Shown here: piece after piece, positions 8,752-18,876 of the stretch
How the letters are laid out: every line of letters starts with the position of its first letter
Position numbering within the stretch: position 1 is the first letter of the stretch
IMG/VR virus record: IMGVR_UViG_2869924733_000011
Span: 1-22,174 of that record
DNA from: a virus
Lineage: Duplodnaviria; Heunggongvirae; Uroviricota; Caudoviricetes
Length of the DNA: 22,174 bases
Direction: 5' to 3' (one strand)
Notes under the pieces: generated by a model
Seen by the model: the letters and a program-made list of their open reading frames with translations, nothing else
What the model was told of the DNA's origin: nothing
Database searches by the model: none
Position numbers and translations under genes: made by a program

Positions 8752-9351
8752 TCAGAACTTATAACCGACACCCACGATGAAACCGTCAGTGCGCCAGTCA
8801 CCACTGCCGGAGCCTTCATAAGCAATATCAATGGCCACGGATTCGGTCGGGTTAAACTGCACGCCAGCCCCCCACGCCAGAGACGTGTTGCTGTGGCGAC
8901 CGTCATCACTTCCGGTCAGCACATCGTGCGTTTTCCCCTTGTTGTCAGTTACGCGGATATAATCTCCGGAGAAAGTCGAAACACGGCTGTAAGCCATACC
9001 CGCCATCGCATACGCGCTGAACCATTCATTCACGCGCACAGACGGCCCCGCCATCACGCTGAACCAGCGGTTACGCACGGAATCTTCATGCCAGCGGGTA
9101 TCGCTGTAACGGGTAAGCTGGCGATTCTTGTCTCCTGCATAGCTGAATGACGTCACCAGCCCCAGTGTGTCCGTAAACTCATAACGGTATTTCACGTTAA
9201 TCCCGTTCAGATCATCACTGCCGGGAACGTTCGTCGAGGCATGAAGATACCCCGCGCTCAGCGTGGCCTGCTGCTCAGACGCCCATGCAGGCGCACCGGA
9301 TACGGCCAGACAGATGGCTGCGGACAAAATGGCTGCACAAACTTTACGCAT
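8752..9351 (-). CDS. lom: Lom outer membrane protein (Ail/Lom family)
   Basis: 199-aa ORF with signal peptide [24 protein letters not shown] and body near-identical to lambda Lom as recalled; GAGGT Shine-Dalgarno. Confidence 0.95.
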
Positions 9352-9374
9352 AATTACCTCTCGCTTTTCTGCAA

Positions 9375-9399
9375 TAAAAAAGGCGCCATTTCTGGCGCC
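9375..9399 (-). terminator. Hairpin plus T-run between the J remnant and lom
   Basis: Stem ggcgcca/tggcgcc (9382-9399) followed on the minus strand by TTTTTT. Confidence 0.3.
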
Positions 9400-9420
9400 C
9401 GTATATGGGTTATAAATATT

Positions 9421-10309
9421 TCAACGAATACTGATACCGGAAGCCGCTTTTTTGGTCACAATCACCGTACAATCGGTGATATTCCCTGCCCCCTGATTGC
9501 CTTTCTGGAAAATCTTAAACTCCAGAGTGACGCTTCCCCTGCCACTCGGCATATCAATAACCGCACTGTAACTACCGGGAATGGCCCCTTTAGTTTCTCT
9601 GGATGCGATTAATACGCCGTTTTTGCGAACTTCAAAACCATAACCCGTGTATCGCGTGCCTCCGGGGTTATTTCCGCTCCCCGGATTGTCATACGCTATA
9701 CCGTTAAAGATAATGGGCGGAATAATGATTTGACGGTCAAAGTTATGATCATCGCTGATGGTGACTGTAACCGTCCCGTCTGGTGTTTCCGTGTTACCCC
9801 ACGTACCAGCCTTTTTCGGGAATGATTTGGATACTGTTTTAACAAAATCACCTCTGACCTGATTCGCCTCCAGCATGCCCTTAATCGTACAGTTTTCATT
9901 TATCGTGACGTTGTTGAGCGTCCCGGAGTTCGCATTCACACTGCCACTGATATCCGCATTTTTAGCGGTCAGCTTTCCGTCCGGTGTCAGGGAAAATACC
10001 GGTGGATTTCCACCACTGGTAATGGTGGGGGCCGTCAGGCGTTTGAGGCACACGTCGTTCATGAATATCTGGTTACCCTGCGCCACAAACATCGGCGTTT
10101 CATTCCCGTTTGCCGGGTCAATAAACGCGATACGGTTAGCGGCAACCAGAAACTGGCTCAGTTTGCCTTCCTCCGTGTCCTCCATGCTGAGGCCAATACC
10201 CGCGACATAATGTTTGCCGTCTTTGGTCTGCTCAATTTTGACGCCCCACATGGCATTCCACTTATCACTGGCGTCCTTCCACTCTTTCGAAAACTCCTCC
10301 AGTCTGCTG
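9421..10309 (-). pseudogene. J: Tail tip / host specificity protein J, C-terminal segment (distal to the IS4 insertion)
   Basis: Translation from [82 protein letters not shown] tracks the lambda J C-terminal region. The track ORF's first ~70 aa are read-through into the IS4 terminus, not J. Confidence 0.9.
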
Positions 10310-11735
10310 TAATGCCAGTCAGTTAAGCAACTGACTGGCTCTTTTTCGGGGCTGTGGGGTATTTCCAGGGCCTCTCCTTTACCACTCTCGGGAAGGCCCT
10401 TTCCCTTCTCGTCGGTAATTTCACAAGTTGTCCCATACTTGCAAGATCGCGCATCAGCTCCGGTATACGTCCCGGTGAAACGCCCTGCAATGTCATCAGC
10501 ATTCTCATCACCATTCCGCATGATTCTGAGAAACTCAGTTGATTCGGCCAGTAACCTTTCAGATGTTCCGCCATTTTAATCATCTGATATCTCACCAGAT
10601 TATAAGCCAGTAAGACACCCCACAGCTCTTGCTCCACAAGCTCCGGCTTTTTACTTCTCAGCGTCAGCCTGCTCAGTTGCATCGTCTGTTTTATCTCCCT
10701 GTATCCCAGTTCGATTTCCCAGCGATGACTGTACAGATCCGCCATTTCTCCTCCGGGGAAGCGCATGGCGTCCGTCATCGACGTCAGCAGATGGCAGACT
10801 TTTCCTTTGCGCGTCACGGTCAGCAGGCGGGCTGTCACTTCATTTCCCAGTCCCGGCCACTTTTTTCGTGCCTGCGGGCTGGTTTTCAGCTTCACCAGAT
10901 GATCGCCTTTACCCAGTTTTCTGAGCTCTTCATATTGCGCTCCCTTTCTGAGAGGTATCATCCAGTGGCGGTGTTCTCCCGCCAGGCTCCAGGCATTTAA
11001 CAGTCCCAGTGAGTAATAACCTTTATCCATTAACGTCAGAGTGTTATCGCCGGTTTGTTCTATAAGTTGCTCAGCAAGCTCATTTTCGCTGTTCTTCATC
11101 GTGCCGAAGGCTGCAGCCGTCAGCAGATGGCTGGTCAGTTCCATCTGGCAGACCATTTTGACCTGCGGGTAGAGCGCCGGGTTCCCGGCATGTGTCTGGC
11201 GGGGGAAGGCTGCATCGTTCTCTGGTGTATCCGGTGTGCGCCAGAACACACCATCGATGGCCAGCAGGGTCAGGCCGCACCAGTGCGGATGCGGCGTGGC
11301 GTTATGCCAGAGCTGCGCTGTTTTCGTGAACACGCGGCGGACAGCCTCACTTCCCAGGCGCTGGCGGGCCTGAATAACGGCACTGGGGGCAACGAAGGGG
11401 CGATTGCCCGGCAGCATGATGTCCAGGCGATTCACAATCTGGTGAAGAGGTTCTTTACGCTCAAGCGCCATGCCAACAATACACCAGACCATCATTTCGA
11501 GGGGAAGACGGCGCTTGCGTAGCGTTACAGTACCTGATTCGGCAAGGCAACGAGAGATGAGTTCGGGGTCGAGGTAATCCCCCAGAGAAGTCAGTGGGTT
11601 ACGCAGAGAATCGTAACGGGATACCAGATCAAGAGCCTGTCCAATGTGCATAAAAAAATCCGGAAACAAGTGAGCGTTTCCGGATTCTTACACAGCCACT
11701 GGATCGGTCAACTGATCCTTAACTGATCGGCATTA
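10310..11735 (-). mobile_element. IS4, complete 1426-bp copy with 13-bp target-site duplication, inserted in J
   Basis: Termini TAATGCC... at 10310 and ...GGCATTA at 11735; identical 13-bp direct repeat ctccagtctgctg at 10297-10309 and 11736-11748; contains a full transposase. Confidence 0.9.
10323..11651 (-). CDS. insG: IS4 transposase (DDE)
   Basis: [36 protein letters not shown]...[13 protein letters not shown] matches IS4 InsG as recalled. The track ORF adds 6 spurious codons upstream of the true start at 11651. Confidence 0.9.
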   Translation of the reverse strand: MHIGQALDLVSRYDSLRNPLTSLGDYLDPELISRCLAESGTVTLRKRRLPLEMMVWCIVGMALERKEPLHQIVNRLDIMLPGNRPFVAPSAVIQARQRLGSEAVRRVFTKTAQLWHNATPHPHWCGLTLLAIDGVFWRTPDTPENDAAFPRQTHAGNPALYPQVKMVCQMELTSHLLTAAAFGTMKNSENELAEQLIEQTGDNTLTLMDKGYYSLGLLNAWSLAGEHRHWMIPLRKGAQYEELRKLGKGDHLVKLKTSPQARKKWPGLGNEVTARLLTVTRKGKVCHLLTSMTDAMRFPGGEMADLYSHRWEIELGYREIKQTMQLSRLTLRSKKPELVEQELWGVLLAYNLVRYQMIKMAEHLKGYWPNQLSFSESCGMVMRMLMTLQGVSPGRIPELMRDLASMGQLVKLPTRRERAFPRVVKERPWKYPTAPKKSQSVA

Positions 11736-12317
11736 CTCCAGTCTGCTGGCGTTATCTTCCGTCCGCTCGACTTTTTCCAGCAGTTCCTTGCCGAGATGCG
11801 TTTTATTGATCAACCCTTTATAAAAATTCAGATAACCTTCCGCATCATCGCTCGCCCGACCGATGGCCTCCACAAATGCCAATTTGCCAACGGTGTTCAC
11901 ACTGCGAACGTAAAAATAATAATCATGGCCCGGCCTGATATTGATACTGGCGGCTATCCAGTACAGCGCCGTGCCAAGATAGCGGGCTGTGGTTTCAACC
12001 TGCCTGATATCCGCAATCCGCTTTTCCGAGAACCAGAACTCAAACTGTACCGTCGGATCATAAACGGCAAGATGCGGCGTGGCGGTTATCTGAAAATACC
12101 CCGGCGTCAGCTCAATCCGCGACGGTGCTGCCGGTGCGGCAATCCGGAACGATACCGATGCCGGATCGCCCTGCTGTCCCCACGCATTTACCGCCCGGAC
12201 CGTCAGCGTGTAACGCCCCAGCGCCAGTTGCCTGAAGCGGTATGTGGTTTCCGTCGTCCGGGCCGTGCTGACCAGCCGCTCACTGCCGTCATCCGCTGCC
12301 ACGGTCAGGCGAAGCAT
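11736..12317 (-). pseudogene. J: J internal segment (proximal to the IS4 insertion), 5'-truncated
   Basis: ...[61 protein letters not shown]...TEDNASRLE matches the lambda J mid-region and joins in frame across the IS4 duplication to EFSKEW. Upstream J sequence is replaced near 12320-12345 by the IS110-family element. Confidence 0.85.
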
Positions 12318-12352
12318 AAAGCTCCCGTTACTTTATTCGTACCCCTTATAAT

Positions 12353-12552
12353 GGGGTGTTAGCCAGCCAGACCCGGCATGATTACTGCCCCCAGTCGTCC
12401 ATGATCCGGGGGTGATGTCACCGGGTCTGGTGGGGCGCTGGTAACCGCTAATAGGGGTCAGGTCAGGCACTTTTGCCGGGACCGTCTGTAACGTGGATGC
12501 CGGTACCTGCTCCCCGTGGTTATCTGGTTAACCCATATACAAGGGAGACAGA
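12353..12552 (+). ncRNA. Candidate IS110-family bridge (guide) RNA in the 5' non-coding leader
   Basis: IS110-group elements encode a structured bridge RNA in the leader upstream of the recombinase. This leader is GC-rich with several inverted repeats (e.g. ccgggggtgatgtcaccgggtctgg) and contains TAATAGGGGTCA (12451-12462) echoing the right-end sequence TAATAGGGGCA (13764-13774). No structure was computed. Confidence 0.35.
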
Positions 12553-13749
12553 ATGACCGAATCCAGCGATTACGAATCCGTCCAGGTCTTTATCGGCGTT
12601 GATGTCGGTAAAGATACGCATCACGCTGTTGCCATTAATCGTTCAGGTAAACGCCTGTTCGATAAAGCATTACCCAACGACGAAAACAAACTCAGGTCGC
12701 TAATATCTGACCTGAAACAACATGGTCAGATACTGCTGGTTGTTGATCAGCCAGCTACCATCGGTGCGTTACCTGTCGCCGTTGCCCGCTCAGAAGGAGT
12801 CCTTGTCGGATACCTCCCTGGACTGGCCATGCGCCGCATAGCCGACTTACACGCCGGTGAAGCTAAAACTGATGCTCGTGACGCTGCCATCATTGCCGAA
12901 GCTGCCCGTACCCTGCCTCACGCGCTACGCACGCTGAAACTGGCTGACGAGCAAATCGCCGAACTCTCCATGCTCTGCGGCTTCGATGATGATCTTGCCG
13001 CACAGACAACGCAGGCCAGCAACCGTATCCGCGGCCTTCTGACCCAGATACATCCGGCACTGGAGCGCGTTCTCGGTCCGAGACTTGAGCACCCGGCGGT
13101 ACTCGATCTTCTCCAGCGATATCCCTCACCAGAAAAACTCGCTTCGCTGGGTGAGAAGAAGCTGGCAGCCCAGCTCTGCAAACTTGCGCCTCGTCTGGGT
13201 AAACGCCTTGCAGCAGACATAGCTCAGGCACTGGCCGAACAAACCGTCGTCGTTCCCGGCACGAATGCCGCTGCCGTAGTACTGCCACGTCTGGCACTCC
13301 AGCTCATCACGCTGCGTAAGCAAAGAGACGAGGTGGCGCTTGAGGTAGAACAGCGAGTTCTTGCTCACCCTCTTTACCCGGTCCTGACCAGTATGCCCGG
13401 AGTCGGTGTCAGGACCGCAGCCAGACTCCTCACCGAGGTCGCCTGCCGCGCCTTCGCCTCTGCCGCACATCTCGCTGCTTATGCTGGCCTTGCGCCGGTA
13501 ACTCGGCGATCCGGCTCGTCAATACGCGGTGAGCATCCCTCGCGACGGGGTAATAAAGCTCTCAAACGGGCGTTGTTCCTGTCGGCCTTCGCCGCGCTCA
13601 GGGATCCGCTCTCCAGGGCTTACTACACCCGCAAAATGAGTCAGGGAAAACGACACAATCAGGCGCTTATCGCCCTGGCGAGACGACGCTGCGACGTTCT
13701 GTTCGCCATGATGCGCGACGGGACTTTTTATACCCCGCAGGGGTCATAA
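12553..13749 (+). CDS. IS110-family transposase/recombinase (DEDD RuvC-like plus Transposase_20 C-terminal domain)
   Basis: 398-aa ORF with GGGAGA Shine-Dalgarno; N-terminal [15 protein letters not shown] and C-terminal [16 protein letters not shown]...[10 protein letters not shown] motifs are typical of IS110-family enzymes. Confidence 0.9.
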   Translation: MTESSDYESVQVFIGVDVGKDTHHAVAINRSGKRLFDKALPNDENKLRSLISDLKQHGQILLVVDQPATIGALPVAVARSEGVLVGYLPGLAMRRIADLHAGEAKTDARDAAIIAEAARTLPHALRTLKLADEQIAELSMLCGFDDDLAAQTTQASNRIRGLLTQIHPALERVLGPRLEHPAVLDLLQRYPSPEKLASLGEKKLAAQLCKLAPRLGKRLAADIAQALAEQTVVVPGTNAAAVVLPRLALQLITLRKQRDEVALEVEQRVLAHPLYPVLTSMPGVGVRTAARLLTEVACRAFASAAHLAAYAGLAPVTRRSGSSIRGEHPSRRGNKALKRALFLSAFAALRDPLSRAYYTRKMSQGKRHNQALIALARRRCDVLFAMMRDGTFYTPQGS

Positions 13750-13774
13750 CATGCTTGACAACTTAATAGGGGCA

Positions 13775-14765
13775 CGTTACGATTCTCTGCGTAACCCACT
13801 GACTTCTCTGGGGGATTACCTCGACCCCGAACTCATCTCTCGTTGCCTTGCCGAATCAGGTACTGTAACGCTACGCAAGCGCCGTCTTCCCCTCGAAATG
13901 ATGGTCTGGTGTATTGTTGGCATGGCGCTTGAGCGTAAAGAACCTCTTCACCAGATTGTGAATCGCCTGGACATCATGCTGCCGGGCAATCGCCCCTTCG
14001 TTGCCCCCAGTGCCGTTATTCAGGCCCGCCAGCGCCTGGGAAGTGAGGCTGTCCGCCGCGTGTTCACGAAAACAGCGCAGCTCTGGCATAACGCCACGCC
14101 GCATCCGCACTGGTGCGGCCTGACCCTGCTGGCCATCGATGGTGTGTTCTGGCGCACACCGGATACACCAGAGAACGATGCAGCCTTCCCCCGCCAGACA
14201 CATGCCGGGAACCCGGCGCTCTACCCGCAGGTCAAAATGGTCTGCCAGATGGAACTGACCAGCCATCTGCTGACGGCTGCAGCCTTCGGCACGATGAAGA
14301 ACAGCGAAAATGAGCTTGCTGAGCAACTTATAGAACAAACCGGCGATAACACTCTGACGTTAATGGATAAAGGTTATTACTCACTGGGACTGTTAAATGC
14401 CTGGAGCCTGGCGGGAGAACACCGCCACTGGATGATACCTCTCAGAAAGGGAGCGCAATATGAAGAGCTCAGAAAACTGGGTAAAGGCGATCATCTGGTG
14501 AAGCTGAAAACCAGCCCGCAGGCACGAAAAAAGTGGCCGGGACTGGGAAATGAAGTGACAGCCCGCCTGCTGACCGTGACGCGCAAAGGAAAAGTCTGCC
14601 ATCTGCTGACGTCGATGACGGACGCCATGCGCTTCCCCGGAGGAGAAATGGCGGATCTGTACAGTCATCGCTGGGAAATCGAACTGGGATACAGGGAGAT
14701 AAAACAGACGATGCAACTGAGCAAGCTGACGCTGAGAAGTAAAAAGCCGGAGCTTGTGGAGCAAG
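13775..14765 (+). mobile_element. Partial IS4 copy (internal ~1 kb), inverted relative to the intact copy; transposase truncated at both ends
   Basis: Translation from YDSLRNPLT... to ...KKPELVEQ is near-identical to the IS4 transposase (R/K difference at LSRLTL/LSKLTL). The first ~125 bp are replaced by the IS110-family element and the last ~300 bp by IS911. Track ORF 13751..14812 is a chimera with both neighbours. Confidence 0.85.
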
Positions 14766-14808
14766 TGAGGTGTACTGGCAATAGCGGACACTACCATTTG
14801 TTCTTTTT

Positions 14809-15627
14809 TTAAGCAGCCATCTGATGATATTTTTCCCTGAAGGCTGCCGGGGAGATATTCCCCAGACGAGAGTGACGACGCTGACGATTGTAGAAAATCT
14901 CAATGTATTCCCGTATTACTGAGATGGCTTCATCCCGGTTATTAAAACGATAGTGGCTCAGGCTCTCATTTTTCAGCGTTCCCCAGAAGCTTTCCATCGG
15001 AGCGTTGTCGTAACAGTTACCTTTACGCGACATTGATGTTTTCAGACCAGACTGCTCCTGTATGACCCGGTAATCGTATGCGCAGTACTGTGAACCTCGA
15101 TCAGAGTGGTGGATTAGCCCGGCAGGTGGGCGCTGGCTCCTGAGCGCCATAAACAGGGCTTTACCTGTCAGCTCTTTTGTCATGCGCTCTCCCATGGCGT
15201 AGCCGACAATTTCGCACGTATAAACATCTTTGATGCCAGCGAGGTACAACCATCCCTCCTGTGTGGCAACATACGTCAGGTCCGCCACCCAGACCTGATT
15301 TGGTGCTGTAGGAGCGAACGTCTGGTTCAACAGATTTGGCGCAACTGGCAGATTGTGGTTCGGGTTCGTAGTCGCTCTGAACTTGCGTTTCTGCTTACAG
15401 CGTAGCCTTAGCTCCTTACGAAGACGTGCCAGTCGGTCACGACCAACGATGATGCCATTCTCTGCCAGCTCCGTCTGGAGCCGCCGGGTTCCATATGTTT
15501 CGCGAGTGCGGATATGTGCCACCTTAATCTCCAGTTTTAGCCGCTCATCACTTTGTTTTCTGTCTGAGGGTTCATGCTGTACCCAGTTGTAATAACCGCT
15601 CCTGGATACACCAAATACCTGACACAT
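14809..15627 (-). CDS. IS911 OrfB (DDE integrase-like catalytic domain); normally expressed as an OrfAB frameshift fusion
   Basis: 272-aa ORF with the IS3-family DDE region (…WVADLTYV…HHSDRGSQY…). Its natural upstream frameshift partner is severed by IS30. Confidence 0.85.
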   Translation of the reverse strand: MCQVFGVSRSGYYNWVQHEPSDRKQSDERLKLEIKVAHIRTRETYGTRRLQTELAENGIIVGRDRLARLRKELRLRCKQKRKFRATTNPNHNLPVAPNLLNQTFAPTAPNQVWVADLTYVATQEGWLYLAGIKDVYTCEIVGYAMGERMTKELTGKALFMALRSQRPPAGLIHHSDRGSQYCAYDYRVIQEQSGLKTSMSRKGNCYDNAPMESFWGTLKNESLSHYRFNNRDEAISVIREYIEIFYNRQRRHSRLGNISPAAFREKYHQMAA

Positions 15628-15711
15628 CGCTTCAATGGGAAATTGTTGTCGCCATTGTTCGATTAACGCGTATTTTTCAGCGACTCCTGTGCAAAATACG
15701 CTGTTGTAGAT

Positions 15712-16464
15712 TCAATCTGTCAATGCAACACCCCTTTCAATTATCTCTTTCGGTGTTTTGAACTTCAGTGTCTTTCTCGGTCTGTTGTTTAGCTGAGCAG
15801 CAACCAGATCTAGTTCATGTTGAGTATATTGGGCAAGACATGTCTTTTTAGGAAAGTACTGCCGAATTAGCCCATTTGTGTTCTCATTTGTTCCCCGCTG
15901 CCAAGGACTCTGAGGATCGCAGAAGTAAACTTTAACGCCGGTGCTGACAGTAAATTCTAGATGTCTGGCCAGTTCCATTCCTCTGTCCCATGTCAGTGAT
16001 TTTCTGAGTTCTGACGGTAAACTCAGGAATTTGTCGGTAAGAGCCTGATTTACTGAGACAGAATCTTTGCCCCTGAGTCTAAGGATGATCGTATAACGTG
16101 ATTTTCGGTCTACAAGTGTGGCTATATGAGAGTTTTTTGTACCTGAGACTAAATCGCCCTCCCAATGCCCCAGAGAGCGTCTGTTATCGATATTTCGGGA
16201 ACGTTCGTGAATTGGTGTTCCGTTCACTATGTTAATCGTACCTCTTTCGCCTTTGCGGGTATGACGCCTGCCATGGCGAAGGCTATGCGACCGTCGCAGA
16301 TGCTGTATATTCAGGTGGTGTAGCGCTTCACGGCTACGAAAGTACAGCGTTTTATAAATTGTCTCAGGTGATATTCGCAGCGTTTTTTGACGTGGTTTTG
16401 TTCGCCTTAACCATCCTGATATTTGCTCTGGAGACCATTTCATCTCCAGCTTTTCCAGAAGAAC
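15712..16464 (-). pseudogene. IS30 transposase, C-terminal part
   Basis: VVLLEKLEMKWSPEQISGWLRRTKP...KTPKEIIERGVALTD matches IS30 transposase; the track ORF's first 20 aa are read-through from the IS91-family element. Confidence 0.85.
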
Positions 16465-18149
16465 CACGGCAGCCTGACGGCTGCAAATTGAAAACCGCCC
16501 CTGTTCGTCCTGTTGTTGCCGCACGCTCCGCAGAATATGTATGCTCTGAGGACCTGTTTTATTAAGGACTCATCCTCTTATGTTGACCCGCAAAAGTATA
16601 GATACCGTTCTGCTCTCTGTTGGTGCTGAGAAGCTCTCACAACGTGAATGGGACTGGATGAAGATGCTCAAACCCATGGACCCACCACCTGCGATGGTCG
16701 CGGCCTCCATCCTGGAGCGCCGTGGCGACACAGCAGCCCTTACCCGGCTACAGGATACCGGGGGTTAATCCGTCCTCATGTTGTCCGCTTTTACTCCCCG
16801 CCCGCTGAAACGTCTGTTCACGGCCAACCAGTGCTGGACATCCTTCCTGGATGCGGGCGGTCTGCGCGATATCGAGGTTGAGGCTGTCACAAAAATGCTG
16901 GCCTGCGGCACGCGGATACTGGGCGTGAAGGAATACAACTGCGATAAACCTGAGTGCCCCCACGTCAGATACGTCACTAACTCATGCGGCAGCCGTGCCT
17001 GCCCGTCCTGCGGAAAAAAGGCCACAGACCTGTGGATAGCGACACAGCTGAATCGTCTTCCTGACTGCGACTGGGTACACCTGGTCTTCACCCTGCCGGA
17101 CACGCTGTGGCCGGTGTTCGAAAGCAACCGGTGGCTGCTGAATGACGTGTGCCGTCTGGCGGTGGAGAATCTGCTGTATGCCGCCCGGAAACGGGGGCAG
17201 GAACCCGGTATCTTCTGCGCCATCCACACGTATGGCCGTCGTCTCAACTGGCATCCGCATGTACATGTGTCTGTAACCTGTGGAGGTCTGAATAAGCATG
17301 GTCAGTGGAAAAAGCTGAGCTTCCTGAAAGACGCGATGCGTTCACGGTGGATGTGGAATATGCGGCAGCTGCTTCTGAAAGCGTGGTCAGAGGGGCTGGC
17401 GATGCCGGAGTCGTTGTCACATATCACGACGGAATCACAGTGGAGAAGCCTGGTGCTGAAAGCCGGAGGAAAATACTGGCATGTGTACATGTCGAAAAAA
17501 ACGGCCGGCGGGAGGAATACGGCGCGCTACCTGGGTCGTTATCTGAAGAAGCCGCCGATAGCGGCCTCCCGGCTGGCACATTACAACGGAGGGGCGAGCC
17601 TGAGCTTCCGTTACCTGGACCACAAAACGGGAGAAACGGCGACGGAAACGCTGACACAGCGTGAGCTGGTCGCGAGGCTGAAACAGCACATCCCGGAGAA
17701 GTTTTTTAAGATGGTGAGGTACTTCGGGTTCCTTGCCAACCGGGTGTGTGGAGAGAAGCTGCCGCAGGTGTACCGTGCTCTGGGGATGGATAAACCGGCA
17801 CCGGTGGCGAAGGTGTGCTATGCACAAATGGTGAAGCAGTTCCTGAGTCGTGACCCGTTTGAATGCGTGCTGTGTGGCGGCCGGATGGTATACCGCCGGG
17901 CCATCGCGGGACTGAATGTGGAGGGGCTGAAGAAAAACGCGCGGGATATCAGTCTGCTGAGGTATATGCCGGCCTGACACAGGCTAAGTGTGCCCGGGAA
18001 TCGGTGCAAGTATAAAAAACAGCCTGTTACTGTATAAAAACCGACCATGCAGAGAGAGAAAACACAGGAGTGACAGGGAAAATGGAGAGGTGCACGTGGC
18101 ATAAGGCGCGGACAGGGGTATCGCTTAGTTTTTCAATTTCCTATACGTC
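16465..18149 (+). mobile_element. IS91-family (rolling-circle, HUH) insertion sequence, ~1685 bp, possibly intact
   Basis: Replaces IS30 sequence between ...CGAAAGCTT and GTTCTTCTGG... (minus-strand view), with no target duplication and a GTTC tetranucleotide at one junction, consistent with IS91-family insertion. Contains a 399-aa transposase and a 62-aa upstream ORF (16580..16768). Confidence 0.7.
16778..17977 (+). CDS. IS91-family transposase (HUH-Y2 with N-terminal zinc-binding motif)
   Basis: CGSRACPSCGKK cysteine motif, HUH-like HPHVHVSV, and tyrosine-containing YLGRYLKK motif. Confidence 0.85.
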   Translation: MLSAFTPRPLKRLFTANQCWTSFLDAGGLRDIEVEAVTKMLACGTRILGVKEYNCDKPECPHVRYVTNSCGSRACPSCGKKATDLWIATQLNRLPDCDWVHLVFTLPDTLWPVFESNRWLLNDVCRLAVENLLYAARKRGQEPGIFCAIHTYGRRLNWHPHVHVSVTCGGLNKHGQWKKLSFLKDAMRSRWMWNMRQLLLKAWSEGLAMPESLSHITTESQWRSLVLKAGGKYWHVYMSKKTAGGRNTARYLGRYLKKPPIAASRLAHYNGGASLSFRYLDHKTGETATETLTQRELVARLKQHIPEKFFKMVRYFGFLANRVCGEKLPQVYRALGMDKPAPVAKVCYAQMVKQFLSRDPFECVLCGGRMVYRRAIAGLNVEGLKKNARDISLLRYMPA

Positions 18150-18551
18150 AAGCTTTCGCAATGGTAAATTTTGATCCAGTAAGCACGGTTTTGGCCTTTT
18201 CGCCATTCTGTTGGCTCGGTTATTAGCATCAACAGCTTTGTAATAGCGTCTGCCCCGATTACGCTGAACTTCACGTGAGATCGTCGAAGGACTGCGATTC
18301 AGCGCAGTAGCTATCGCACGAATGCTCATTTTGGCTGACAAACCAGCTCGTATCTCCTCGCGCTCAGACAGTGTCAGGTGAGCTACAGCCCGCTTACGCT
18401 CATGGGGTTTTATGCCGCCAGTATCCCTTAACATAGTGAAGATCGTTCCGGGTTTTGAACCCAGGATATTCGCTATTTCACTGAAGCCTGTTCCGTTCTT
18501 CCATAGTTCAAAAACAGAGGCTTTTTCCTCTGCTGTAAATGTTCGTCTCAT
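18150..18551 (-). pseudogene. IS30 transposase, N-terminal part
   Basis: [36 protein letters not shown]...NLPLRKL matches the IS30 transposase N-terminal HTH region; terminates 2 codons into the IS91-family insert. Confidence 0.85.
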
Positions 18552-18613
18552 TCAAAAAACCTCCGCAACCCCATGTTTTCACATAACTGTTGCGTTGACC
18601 AATTGAATCTACA

Positions 18614-18876
18614 GTAGCCTTTTTTAATATTTCATTCTCCATTTCAATGCGTTGTAGCTTTTTCCTCAGCTTACGTATTTCGATTTGTTCTGGTGTTATC
18701 GGAGAGGCTTTTGGTGTTTTGCCCTGACGCTCATCACGCAGTTGTTTGACCCATCTTGTCATTGTGGAAAGGCCAACATCCATAGCTTTGGCGGCATCTG
18801 CCACCGTGTATTTCTGGTCAACAACCAGTTGAGCGGATTCGCGTTTAAACTCTGCGCTAAAATTTCTTTTTTTCAT
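18614..18876 (-). pseudogene. IS911 OrfA, interrupted by IS30 just 3' of the A-AAA-AAG slippery site
   Basis: [45 protein letters not shown]...ENEILKKAT ends at the IS30 terminus. The remaining OrfA codons (AYFAQESLKNTR*) resume at 15704 after the 2-bp duplication. Confidence 0.8.

Larger units (their letters stand above)
12344..13774 (+). mobile_element. IS110-family insertion sequence (~1.43 kb), apparently complete
   Basis: DEDD-type transposase with ~200-bp 5' leader and almost no 3' tail. Right end abuts IS4 homology at 13775. Left end is placed at ~12344 (uncertain by ~25 bp) from loss of J homology and the position of a TATAAT. No terminal inverted repeats, as expected for this family. 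Confidence 0.65.
15705..18613 (-). mobile_element. IS30 split by an IS91-family insertion
   Basis: IS30 ends TGTAGATTCAAT... at both termini (15705 and 18613) with a 2-bp AC duplication in IS911. The transposase is in two pieces (15712..16464 and 18150..18551). Span minus the insert is ~1.22 kb, matching IS30. Confidence 0.85.

Noticed and set aside
10310-10521. N-terminal 70 aa of the 366-aa track ORF 9421..10521 as part of J
   Set aside because: This segment is read-through into the IS4 terminus; J homology begins only at the IS4 target duplication (~10309).
10629-11522. 123- and 155-aa ORFs antisense to the IS4 transposase, mirrored at 13871..14797 in the second copy
   Set aside because: They recur only because the IS is duplicated and are antisense to a well-supported transposase; no independent support.
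12890-13470. Minus-strand ORFs (100-135 aa) inside the IS110-family transposase gene
   Set aside because: Antisense to a gene with clear family motifs; Arg-rich translations typical of GC-rich antisense frames.
13751-14812. 353-aa track ORF taken as an intact gene
   Set aside because: It is a chimera: the first codons come from the IS110-family right end and the last ~15 codons from the IS911 terminus; only 13775-14765 is IS4 transposase.
15628-15704. Alternative identification of the IS3-family element as IS600
   Set aside because: OrfA ([21 protein letters not shown]...) and OrfB both match what I recall for IS911; by-eye assignment, should be confirmed against an IS reference database.
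16648-17980. Overlapping ORFs on both strands within the IS91-family transposase gene (up to 181 aa)
   Set aside because: Alternative and antisense frames of the transposase; no motifs and no plausible start contexts.
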